From: Octopus bimaculoides
Taxonomy: Eukaryota
Direction of reading: 5' to 3'
NCBI RefSeq assembly: GCF_001194135.2
Contig: NC_068995.1
Coordinates: 2,806,569-2,870,476, forward strand
Length of the DNA stretch: 63,908 nucleotides
Below, piece after piece: positions 26,942 through 43,262 of this stretch. How positions within the stretch are numbered: position 1 is the stretch's first letter; every line of letters begins with the position of its first letter. The notes below the pieces were generated by a model. The model was not told the DNA's origin, searched no databases, and worked only from the letters and a program-made list of their open reading frames with translations. Position numbers and translations under genes: made by a program.

Positions 26942-28294
26942 TTAAAATATATTATGGATGTGTTCAGTCTCTGCTATGAATAATGTCTCTTGCCGCATGT
27001 CATCTTCTTTAGCAATTTTCACAAAACGTACGCTACACACCAGCGCCAGAGCCTGAAGACCAACGCATACCACAAAGATCATTCTGTTGCCATGCTGGAA
27101 GACGTCTTCATGCAACAAGAGTAAAACAATACAAGAAATTAGATTGAGAGGAATACGGAACCAGTTCATGATATTAGTTCTGTGGGTTTCTGGGATGATG
27201 TTATTGCGGAGAAAACCCATGGCAGGGAAATATAACCCCACCCCTACTTCAAATATGAGAAAGGACGTGAAAGATAAAGCAGTGTTGGGATGGGTGGGGT
27301 TGGTCGATATCACACACAAAATGTTGGCAAATAATGCTATAATGACGGAACTAAGAAGTAAGTTAGTGACTGGGACATTCTTTGAGGAGGCAATCTGGTA
27401 GAGGCCTGACCCGATCAGAATGCTTATCATAAAGCTGGAGAAGACAATACCAAGAGAGAATTTCTCTCTGTCCAAAATTGGAGTCCAAAGAAAGATGATA
27501 ATGTAGATAACACTTTCGTAAGATGATTCAATGGCACCAATGAGGAAAACTTTCTCATGAGTCAAAGTTTTCTTCAGACCCTCAAAACAAAGTTTCTGGA
27601 AATTAACTTTATGACCACTATAGTTTTCATTCCAATGAGTGGACATCATGACTCCAGCAAAAATAAGAAATGGAATGGCCAATATATAAGGAGCTACTGG
27701 TCCAAGGCCGAACCATTCAGAGAAAATATTTGCAGTTAAACCAGCTAAAATAGCTAAAACTCCATTCCAAAACGATGCTTTTGTGAAAGTAACAGCAATC
27801 CACTCCTTGGGGAAGTCATGGGTTTCCGTGTGTTCGTGGATGTACCATGCTTCAAATGCAGAGAACAAAACTGATGTTGCAACACCACCAACCAAGCGGC
27901 CCAGCAACAACACAGCATAGTTTCGAGATAATTTCAGCAAACATGATATGGAATAAAGAACTGTAAAGAGAATGCACATTTTTTTGCGACCGAATTGATC
28001 AGCAGCGAGGGGAATCCAAGTTCCAAGAAGTACAGTCGATGCAAAACCAAAGACATAAAGGACAGCAATTTGTTCCTCTTGGAATCCATAATAGTTGTAA
28101 AGTTTATAGAGATAAGGACCTTGAAGCCAGTCTGCAAACATTGCTGGAAGATATGCAGAGAAGTAACCTCGTTGGAACTTCAAAAATTGTGGATTGTTGC
28201 CCAATAAAACATCCTTCTTGAGACGGTAGACCATTATTTGTAAAAGACTGGCCAAACAGGCCAGAACCAGAAATACAGCATATAACACAACCAT
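26942..28294 (-). CDS. MFSD5: Molybdate-anion transporter (major facilitator superfamily domain-containing protein 5), 450 aa, intronless CDS
   Basis: Uninterrupted 450-aa hydrophobic ORF with family motifs F.KFQR.Y..Y....ADWLQGPYLYKLY..YG, QIAVLYV.GFAS, ADQFGRKK, LLFSAFEAWYIHEH and NWFRIPLN. Acceptor tttgtttctttcag sits 59 nt upstream of the ATG (exon starts 28353). Confidence 0.95.
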   Translation of the reverse strand: MVVLYAVFLVLACLASLLQIMVYRLKKDVLLGNNPQFLKFQRGYFSAYLPAMFADWLQGPYLYKLYNYYGFQEEQIAVLYVFGFASTVLLGTWIPLAADQFGRKKMCILFTVLYSISCLLKLSRNYAVLLLGRLVGGVATSVLFSAFEAWYIHEHTETHDFPKEWIAVTFTKASFWNGVLAILAGLTANIFSEWFGLGPVAPYILAIPFLIFAGVMMSTHWNENYSGHKVNFQKLCFEGLKKTLTHEKVFLIGAIESSYESVIYIIIFLWTPILDREKFSLGIVFSSFMISILIGSGLYQIASSKNVPVTNLLLSSVIIALFANILCVISTNPTHPNTALSFTSFLIFEVGVGLYFPAMGFLRNNIIPETHRTNIMNWFRIPLNLISCIVLLLLHEDVFQHGNRMIFVVCVGLQALALVCSVRFVKIAKEDDMRQETLFIAETEHIHNIF

Positions 28295-29099
28295 GATGAT
28301 GGCAGCAAGGTAAAATAATCAGGAAGAATTCCACAGTCTTGGAGATACAGCAACTGAAAGAAACAAATTTAGTTGTATTTAGCATAATTTCACTTACTTA
28401 TGATTAGATTTTATTAAATTTTCATTAAATAAAAATAATTTCTGTTTAACAGGTATCACATTGAAAGCTATTAAATTATAAAGTGTTTGTGTTTTTATAA
28501 TAAACTATTTTACATTTTTTGCCCACAAGAGATTATGTCCGATCTTTAGCATACTGCTCTATGTCTTCTGAAATCATGATCACAGGAAAAATTGTTGATG
28601 AGAATTACCAACAAAAACAAAGCTGATAAATATGCACAGGTGTTGCAAATTAAGTTTAATTACCAATAAACATCATCTGTTGTAGATTGTACCTGAGGTT
28701 GGTACAACTGACTAATACAGTCCCTCTAAAATGGCTGACCTTACATTATTATCTGAAATCATCATTATCGAAATGCTTAGTGGTGTAGCAAGTCATAAAA
28801 GGCGGCAATATGACGTAATGGTCGTTTGCCCAAACAAGCATAATCCCATTGGTTAAAATTACTGCCCATATACGAATTCTAAACTTTGTGAGTGGATTTG
28901 GTAGATGGAAGGCTTTGGTTGGCCCGAGACTATAGTAGAAGACACTTGCCCAAGGTGCCACGCAGTGGTACTGAACCTGGAACCATGTGGTTGGTGAGCA
29001 AGCTACTTACCACACAGCCACTCCTGCACCTATATCTATTTATTTTTGAAAATTTCATTTTTAATGATGCCAGCTTTGGACACATAAGAGGTGTAATGG

Positions 29100-29760
29100 T
29101 ATGAGAGGAAGGCTAACAAAGAAAATAGTCTTCGTGTGTGACAAATGTGTGCAGACAATAGACTTCCTCAAATACTCAGGGGGGACCATTAGAAGTAGAG
29201 TTTCTGGTATCTAGGCAACCAATTTAGCAGGGGAGGAGGAAGTACAAAACGTGTAGTTGCTAGAATAAGAACGGGCTGGGCAAAGTTCAGAGAGCTTCAG
29301 CCTTTGTTGGTAACTAAGGACCTCTCCCTCAGAGTCAAAGGCAGATTGTATGATGCGTGTGCACATACAGCTATGCTACATGGAAGTGAAATATGGGCTG
29401 TGATGACAGAGGACTTGTGAAGGCTTGAAAGAAATGAAAGTAGCATGCTCTGCTGGATGGGCAATGTCAGTGTGCATGCACAACAGAGTGTAAATGATTT
29501 AAGAGGAAAACCAGGTATAAGAGGCATCAGGTGTTGTGTGCAAGAGAGAAGACGGCACTAGTTTGGTCATGTGATGTATATGGATGAGGATAGATGTAGA
29601 AAGAAGTGCTGAGTTCTAATTGCAAAAAGAACCTGTGAAAGGGGTAAACCCGGGAAGAGTGGTGAGAAGGATCTGTGAATGCTAGGGAAATGACAAGGGA
29701 TCAGGAGTTGTGGCGATTTGCTGTACTTGAAAAGACTAAGAGTCAAGCTAAGTAAAATCG
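29100..29760 (+). mobile_element. RTE-clade LINE 3' fragment
   Basis: YLGNQFSRGGGSTKRVVARIRTGWAKFRELQPLL...SLRVKGRLYDAC...MLHGSEIWA...RLERNE...ERRRH*FGHVM, with in-frame stops. Confidence 0.85.
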
Positions 29761-29799
29761 CCGTCTTCCATACGTTGAGGCTTGTCGTTCTTTTACAGG

Positions 29800-29980
29800 T
29801 GCTGGTGGCACATAATATACACTCGTGCCACTTAAATAGCAACCAGCTCATTCTGTAAAGTGATTGGTGTTAGGAAGGGCATCTCAGCTGGAGAAACAGA
29901 CAATTGGAATCTGGACAGCTCCCATCAAACCATTCAACCCATGCCAGCATGAAAAACGGACGTTAAACGATGATAATAAT
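29800..29980 (+). mobile_element. RTE-tail SINE / RTE 3'UTR repeat ending in (GAT)n (others ~860-1025, 7405-7480[-], 12290-12460, 15230-15360[-], 33620-33780, 38165-38345, 38780-39010[-], 51140-51270)
   Basis: Recurrent TGGTGTTAGGAAGGGCATCC...CCAACCCATGCCAGCATGGAAAACGGACGTTAAACGATGATGAT. Confidence 0.7.
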
Positions 29981-30271
29981 GAATAAAACCCAAAATATAT
30001 AATTTATTTTTTATCTTATATTCGTTTTAGTCATTGGACAGTGGCCATGTTGGGTCACTGACTCCAGTACTTACTTTTAAGACTGATACTCATTCTATTG
30101 GTATCTTTTGCCGAACCGCCAAGTTATGGAGACGTAAACAAACCAACACCGGTTGTCCAGCAGTGGTTATGGGACAAACACAAATACATGACAATCTTTC
30201 GGCATTAGTAGACATAAAGTTTCAGATAAAAAGGACAGGGTGAATGACGTCATCCACTCAAACCGAAACAC

Positions 30272-30276
<5 letters not shown>

Positions 30277-30343
<67 letters not shown>
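30277..30343. repeat. (AT)n microsatellite (many others, several abutting N-gaps)
   Basis: Direct inspection. Confidence 0.95.
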
Positions 30344-30345
<2 letters not shown>

Positions 30346-30622
30346 GGCCAGGTTCTGTATACAAAATTCAACTACTACAAGTCATTTGGTCGACCTGAGG
30401 CTATAGTAGAAAACACTTGCTGAAAGTGCCACGCAGTGGGATTGAACTCAAGACTACGTGGTGAAAAGCGAGTTTCTTAACCCACAAAACCACGCTTATG
30501 ACTAAAGGTTATCAAGGTCAGAAGGACTCAAAAGGCTTTGGTTGGCCATGAAAATTATACAAGGGAATTTGAAGATTTATTTCTTGAAATAATGGAGAAA
30601 TGTGACGTGGCAACAACCATAC

Positions 30623-30730
30623 CTTTCTCGAGGTTGCTGATGAAATTATTATAGTAAAGCAGTTCCCCGAATGGGAACCCAGGGACGAGTCAACCGGAAA
30701 AAAAACTATAACGTGACTGCTTGCTCGACT
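30623..30730 (-). promoter_or_regulatory. Probable non-coding first exon / promoter of MFSD5
   Basis: Strong minus-strand donor GAAAG|GTATGG at 30623/30622 in a locally CpG-rich stretch containing an ETS-like CCGGAA. It would pair with the acceptor at 28354. The upstream boundary is approximate. Confidence 0.5.
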
Positions 30731-31125
30731 GGTTAGATGTAATAGTCAAACATGTCCGTCAATTGTCACAAACAAAGGGACAGGTTGGTCATGGCCGGTA
30801 CGCTTGAGCAACGTCGATACGTGACTGAACAAGAATAACATCATAGCATTTAGAAAGCAGCAACTGATTAGGTAGATAGAAAGTTGATAGAGAGGGTGTG
30901 TGTGCTCACGGGCAATAAGGGCGGATGTCTGGAATAGTTTGCCCTTCCAGACCTCCGCTGCAAGAAGTCCACAAAACAACGGTTGACAGGAGATACGAAC
31001 TCGCATTCAATACTCTGTGAGGCTCCCCACCTTATCGACCATGTCAATGTCACAACAACAACACTATAAAGACACCAGCTGTTTATATATATATATATCG
31101 AGTTTATATATATAACATATTTTTT

Positions 31126-31164
<39 letters not shown>

Positions 31165-31411
31165 CTCACAATATATAAATTATATATGTATATATACAAG
31201 CTCACTATATATATATGTATATATATATATAGTGAGCTTACATATATATACATATATATATAGTGAGCTTNNNNNNNNNNNNNNNNNNNNNNNNNNNNNN
31301 NNNNNNNNNNNNNNNNNNNNNNNNNNNNNNNNNNNNNNNNNNNNNNNNNNNNNNNNNNNNNNNNNNNNNNNNNNNNNNNNNNNNNAAAGATTATACGTTA
31401 TTATATGGGAG

Positions 31412-31631
31412 CACGGGGGGAGGGCTGAAAAGTTCCTGGCTTTAAGGATTTCACAAAAGGCGTAGTCGGAATCCCAACCTTCCGAGTTCTTTTACAGGGT
31501 TTAGAAAATATGCCCTAAGTGTATGAATCTGAGAGGAGAATATCATGAAATAAAATCATAATTAACTGATCCCCCCCCCTGTATTTTCTTTTATGCAAAG
31601 CCAGGAACTTTTCAATACCCCCCACCTCGTG
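31412..31631. mobile_element. Mariner-derived MITE
   Basis: Perfect 18-bp inverted repeat TGAAAAGTTCCTGGCTTT (31426-31443) / AAAGCCAGGAACTTTTCA (31597-31614) within longer imperfect termini. Confidence 0.75.
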
Positions 31632-31830
31632 TGTGAGGGGGGATCGATAGATAGACAGGCAGGTAGATGTGTAGGAGAGAGTTTACAAACAAGAGGGAAA
31701 GTACTCAATACATAAAATAGAGTGTAAATATTGCAGTGCTGAGCAACAACACACAACAATGTGTGTATATATACATGTAAGTATATTTGTGTATGTATGT
31801 ATGTTGTAATATGTGTACGTGCATGTAAGC

Positions 31831-31871
<41 letters not shown>

Positions 31872-33384
31872 NNNNNNNNNNNNNNNNNNNNNNNNNNNNN
31901 NNNNNNNNNNNNNNNNNNNNNNNNNNNNNNNNNNNNNNNNNNNNNNNNNNNNNNNNNNNNNNNNNNNNNNNNNNNNNNNNNNNNNNNNNNNNNNNNNNNN
32001 NNNNNNNNNNNNNNNNNNNNNNNNNNNNNNNNNNNNNNNNNNNNNNNNNNNNNNNNNNNNNNNNNNNNNNNNNNNNNNNNNNNNNNNNNNNNNNNNNNNN
32101 NNNNNNNNNNNNNNNNNNNNNNNNNNNNNNNNNNNNNNNNNNNNNNNNNNNNNNNNNNNNNNNNTATATATATATATATATATATATATAATTGATATAT
32201 GTTACCTTGTAAGTGAGAAATAGTTTCTTCTGCCTTTCTCTGGCTGTGTCTCTGTAAATAATAATAATTCTGTGATGTTTTCCTGTCACATCAGTGAACT
32301 TGGAGATTCGCTTCCCTCCAGTTTCCAATATTTTGCAAGTTAGCAATATACAACACAATCAGTTCTGTCTCTCTTACCACACATGTTGATGACATTCACA
32401 GATATTACACACCATCGTTATATACATATTATATATATACACCCTCCACCAAAAAATCTCACACTTCCCATTTACACATTCTTCCTCTCTATCTCTCTCT
32501 CTCTACCACCACGTCTTCATATGTAGATAACCAGACTACACCCTCCCTTCTTTCAATGTATCTATCTAATTATCGTTTAATTTCTCTCTGACTATCACTT
32601 TCTCGCTTTCTCTTTCTTTCTATCATATTCCTCCCCTTCTTTACATCTCGTTTTCTTAACGTTTAAAACTCTCGTACAAACGAGTTTAATGATTTTTTTT
32701 TGCCCTGAAACACGCCCGGTTTTTGTTGTTTATTTAAAAGAAACAAACATTTCTTTGTGTACACAGGAGTTGTGTACATTCTGTCTATTCTTTTACATAT
32801 CGGTTTTACTTTACGATCGGTACCTCTATCTATCTATCTATCTATCTGGGTTTTGTAGATTTTTTACATCAAGTTTTACTTACGATCGATACCTCTATAT
32901 AGATATTTGCAATTGGTAATCGAATTTATTAACTCATTTCATAAATGAATTTATCATTAATAATAACGCATGACCCTGATTTTAAACGTTACCGATTTGC
33001 ACGGTACATTGTTGGATCAGTTGTGTAAAACGAGGGACAATTCAACGCACACGTCGTCTTCATCATCATCATTTTACATGCACTTCCTCTGCTCACATAA
33101 AAGTCATCGCGGTGTGAGTTACTTCATATTTGCAACCACTCACTTTATAGACTAACCAAAGGACACCATTTTGCCTGCAGGTTTAATTTTTCGCATGGTT
33201 TCTACAGGTAGCTGCCCTTCCTGATACCAATCGCTTTACAGAATGGAGTGGGTACATTTTATCGTAACACCTGCACAAGAGAGGTTTCAAATCCGAAGCA
33301 GGACACAGCAAATGAATCTTCTTTAGTCTACACTATTGACAGATAGATTCTCCTTCACCAGCCCCTGGCATTATAGACAGATGT

Positions 33385-33600
33385 AAATATATATTAGGGA
33401 GAATATACGAAAAAACAACAACAGACGAGGACAGGTGGTGTAAATAACAAAAGGATGTATTAGTATGACGCTCGGGAATACGGAAAGTCTTTGACGTTTC
33501 GAGCTACGCTCTTCAACAGAAAGAATACGGAGACAAGGAGAAAAACACGGAGAAAAAAAATTGAATAGTGTCCAGTCAACGGTCAATCATAATCAACATA
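33385..33600 (-). mobile_element. Hammerhead-bearing repeat, probably a Penelope-like element terminal fragment
   Basis: Contains the 33488-33524 hammerhead and is CpG-richer than its flanks. The PLE assignment is by analogy with known minimal hammerheads; boundaries are approximate. Confidence 0.45.
33488..33524 (-). ncRNA. Minimal (Penelope-type) hammerhead ribozyme motif, core variant A6U
   Basis: Minus strand reads UCUUU-CUGUUGA-A-GAGC-GUA-GCUC-GAAAC-GUC-AAAGA: perfect 5-bp stem I, 4-bp stem II, loop-less ACGU stem III and a GUC cleavage triplet. One mismatch to the CUGANGA consensus. Confidence 0.7.
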
Positions 33601-34384
33601 TATATATAATGATGATGATCCAGTCCATATTGTAAACTGGTTGGCATTTGGAAGGGCATCCAGCTATAAAAGCCATGCCAAAACACAAAGAAGTATGATG
33701 CAGGCTTCTGCCTGGCCAGCTTCTGTCAAACCGTCCAACCCATGCCAGCATGGAAGGAGGACGTTAAACAATGATAATGAAAACATTTGCAACCATGTGA
33801 CTTTGGGTTCAGTCCCATAGTAGAGCACATTTGGCATTACTCTACACTATACCCTTGGGTCAACCAATACCTTGATTGCGATTTTGTTTGAAGGAAACTC
33901 TCTGAAATCCCATCATAGCCATTATTTCAATGTCCACTGAAGGCAACAAAGCTGGCAGAATTGTTAGCACATTGGACAAAAGGCTTACTGACATTTTGTC
34001 CATCTTCGTGTTCTGAGCTCAAATTCTGCCAAGGTCAACTTTGCCTTTCATCCTTTTAGGGTCAGTGAAGTACTGGGATCCATGTAATTGACTCCCTTCA
34101 CCCAGAATTTCAGGCCTTGTACAGAAAAGATTATTTTAACATCCACTTTTCCATGCTCACAGCCATACCCACATTTAGCCACATATGTGTGCGTGTGTGT
34201 ATTGTGTATGTGCATGTGTGTGTGTCTGTCTGTCTGCTTGTCAGTATGTACATTTATGTGTATGTTGAATGTATGTGGAGAGGGTGGCTATGAATGCAAT
34301 ATAAGAGAAATGAGAAGGGATCAAGGCTTTTGGATTTATGTTATGCAAATGAGTAAATATTTGCATTCATAACTTTAGAAGACC

Positions 34385-34830
34385 AACCAACCATTTTATC
34401 TCCTACCAATAAAACAAACCTGCAATCCAAATAGACTTTATAGTCACCAGGAAACAGTATAAACAGATAGTTGTGAATACTAAGTGTTTCCCCAGATAAG
34501 AATGCACTACTCGACATAGACAAGTGGTTAGAGATGCCAGAGAAAGAACTGGTTGGGAACTGAAAGAACAGTTTGATAAACACCGGATGAGAGAGCTTCT
34601 TGGTGACATATGGGACAAAGAAGAGAAAGAAATAGAGACTCGTAGCACAGAAGACAACTGGGAGGTTTTGCAGGCCACAGACAAGATCTGCTGTTGAGAC
34701 CAAGCACATGATAAACGTGGAGAGGAAAAATACTGTAGACAGAGACATAAAAGATAAAAAATTAAAAAATACGGCCATAGACCAAAAAAGAGGACAGCAA
34801 AGACCCAATATCAAGTAACTAGAATAGAAG
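34385..34830 (+). mobile_element. RTE LINE fragment (end of the APE endonuclease domain)
   Basis: QIDFIVTRKQYKQIVVNTKCFPR*ECTTRHRQVVRD resembles the QIDYIL...ECTxQHRLVV end of RTE endonucleases. Confidence 0.65.
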
Positions 34831-35544
34831 GTAGATGTTAGTTTTGATTAGTGCAGAAAGAAGCAGAAAGCAAGAGGTTTATTGATGTTCTATGATGAAA
34901 GGAGTAGAGTTAAGAGGGGCTCAGGATTGCAAAAACATTATATTGGGGTGATTCAGAGATAGCTGGGGTAAAAGTGTGTTTGGAATGACAGTGGCACACT
35001 TACCCTCAGTGAGGCTAAACAGAAAGAAGTTTGGAAATGTTATTGAGAGAAGTTATAATAAAAAGAAATAGAACGAGGGACATAGCTTATGGATCGTTAG
35101 TGTATTTCGTTTTATCCATGATGGTTTTTTTATAGATTACATCTTCTAATTCTATTTCGGGATTAATTGTACTCTGAAATAGAAAATGGATGGAATCTTG
35201 TCCAGTGCGTCACACTATATTTAAAGATAAATGAGTGAGATCTAGCAGATATTTTTAGTAGGTCGAGGGACCATGCTGAAGATATTACACTGGTAGTAGA
35301 TGCGTTTGTCCATTGTACAGTTATAAAATTGATTCCGAATCATTTTAATAGTAAACAATTTGAATAAAATTAGGTTGTTAGTAAATTATATATCTTACTT
35401 TCTCGTTAATCGTTGCTGAAAATTATTATTATTATTATTATTATTGATATTGATATTTATTGTTTAAACAAAAGCAATGCAATTTCAACGAAGATTAAAA
35501 TTCAAATTACGTTTCGTCAAGTCAGTGTTTATTTTTATATGTAA

Positions 35545-35574
35545 CCGGAAGTTGCATGTTGCCGATATTTCAAC

Positions 35575-35580
<6 letters not shown>
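35545..35580 (+). promoter_or_regulatory. METTL1 proximal promoter motifs: ETS site (CCGGAAGT) and YY1-like CAACATGGC spanning the start codon
   Basis: CCGGAAGT at 35545-35552 and CAACATGGC at 35571-35579; such motifs are typical of TATA-less housekeeping promoters. Confidence 0.45.
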
Positions 35581-41068
<5,488 letters not shown>

Positions 41069-41289
41069 CATTAAAACTATATTTTTGACTTCTTTTTGAT
41101 TTTCTGTGAATCAACACATGCATGTATGTTGTGGAAGACTTTACATTTAGATTTTTCTCTGACTTAGGATTATGGAAATCACTTGGAATGGTTACTCTTT
41201 TTCATGTACCATTCCTACAGATGTTAGTTATCAGAGACCTCTATCTTGTACTTGTCCCTTCAACAACTTACCACATTATTCGGTCAGTC

Positions 41290-41770
41290 TCTTTTCATAG
41301 CCAGCTGATTAGACTACTCAGCCTCTCTATAAGTTGGTCCCATTATAGCCAGCTGGAAAGGCCATCCTCTCTCTCTCTCTAGTTGATCAGGCTGCCTAAC
41401 ATATACTCTCTCATTTTCCATACTCATGGTCAGTCTCTATAGCCAGCTGATGAGGCCATCCTCTCTCTTCTCTCTTGCTCCTGTTTATAGGGCTGCCCAC
41501 TCTGTTCTCTTTCTTTATCTCTCTATGACCAGTTACTAAGGCCAAACTGTCTCTTCTTTCTCTCTCCCTCTTGCTCCAGCTGATAGGATTGCCCAGGCTC
41601 TTCTCTCTCTTTCTCTCCACACTCTAAGCCAGTCTCCATAGCCAATGCTCTCTCTTCCCTTCTTTCTCTCCCTCTTGCTCCAGCTGATAGGATTGCCCAG
41701 GCTCTTCTCTCTCTTTCTCTCCACACTCTAAGCCAGTCTCCATAGCCAGCCTTCTTTCTCTCTTGCCAGG
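41290..41770. repeat. Pyrimidine-rich ~104-bp tandem repeat (two near-identical plus older diverged units)
   Basis: TTGCTCCAGCTGATAGGATTGCCCAGG at 41571 and 41675. Confidence 0.85.
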
Positions 41771-42308
41771 CTGATAAGGCCATTGTGTATCTCGGTCTTT
41801 CCTGGCTTCTTCCATTCACTTCTCCACGTTTCACTATGCATTCAAGACTTCTCGTATTCTATTTTGAGTTTTACTTCCTCCTCCTGATCCCCATGGAACA
41901 TCAGACAACATTCATTATTTCTGTAGCAGTTTGAAATATGAAGGTAAGGTTTCTAGCTTTCCATTCCACCCTTCCTCATTTCTCAACACAACTGTGGGAT
42001 CAGTTATGCCAGACACCAACCAAAAATTTCACTGTCAAGGTTGGGGTGGGATCTATAGCATTGGATAGTGACCTTGTCTTTGTTTTGGTTCTCTGCATGC
42101 AAGGTTCAAATCTTACTGAGGTCGACCTTGTTTACATATGATGATATGTATAAAAGTGGTGCCCCAGCATGGCCGCAGTCAAATGACTGAAACAAGTAAA
42201 AGAAAAAAGAAATATATGTATACAATAGGTGCAAGGAGTATTTGAGGGCACTTAATAATCCATATATTCCTCACTTCAAACCAACTAAAGGGTTTTTATT
42301 TCTTTCAG

Positions 42309-43262
42309 ATGCCCCATGGCAGATACAATGCTAACGCAAGAAATGAAAAGACATGCAGTCATTGTTGCCATATGTGCAGAACGCAGCGATTTAGAAATTG
42401 CCAACTTTCTAAATGTTGCAAGATCCTTTGTTCACAAAGTTCGGACGGAACTGGAAGCTTCCGGTGGGAATGTTTCAATTGTATCAAAGAGAAAAAAACA
42501 TTCTAAACGTTCGGACGCTATAAGGACACCGCAGTTCATCCAACGGGTTCAACACATTGTCAGTGATAATCCCGAAAAATCATTGAGGGCCGTTGCTAAA
42601 GAACTTGAGGTGTCAGAGTGGACTGTCAGAACTGTGGTGCATGAGGACATTTAGTACCATTCGTAGGTGTTGTGTAAAACCAATTCATGTCTGCAAAGAT
42701 ATTTGATCTGTGCCAAACAATTACTGGGAAAAGTTTTAAAAAGTCTTCAGGAACACAGCATGTTATGGTTTTCTTCTGATGAGAAAATCTTTGACCAAGG
42801 CCCAACAGGAGAAATGATAGATGGTTATCACTCTGAAGGACGTCAGTGATGCACATTAGGTTCCCAGCAACTGGAATGGTTTTAGGAGTGGTGAATAACA
42901 AAGGCCATGGCATGCCACCTCACATCTTTCCACACGGTTTTAGAATGAATGCTGCTGGATGTGTTGAGGTGCTGCAGACAGGTGTTAAACCCTGGATGGA
43001 TGAAGGACACAGCAGAAGGCTGTATGTGTTCCAACAAAGTTCAGCACTTTTGCACAAAGTCCTCTCAACCCAAGAATGGATATCATACAATCATGTACCA
43101 TTGAACCTGTGACCACCTAACTTGACAGATTTAAATCCCATGGATTACTACGTTTGGAGAGTTCACTGAAGGCCACCATGTTCCAGGTGATGGTGTCTGA
43201 AATGAAATACAAACCATTTAATGCATGTCAACGATTCTGGTCCCCCATCGAAGCTGAAGGCA
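42309..43262 (+). mobile_element. Decayed Tc1/mariner-superfamily transposase (maT/DD37D-like)
   Basis: Consecutive broken ORFs: HTH region (LEIANFLNVARSFVHKVR...SLRAVAKELEVSEWTVR), WFSSDEKIF, MVLGVV...GHGMPPHIFP, YVFQQS and *PPNLTDLNPMDYYVW. Confidence 0.85.

Noticed and set aside
27087-28385. Antisense or alternative-frame ORFs overlapping MFSD5
   Set aside because: Shadow ORFs of the real CDS.
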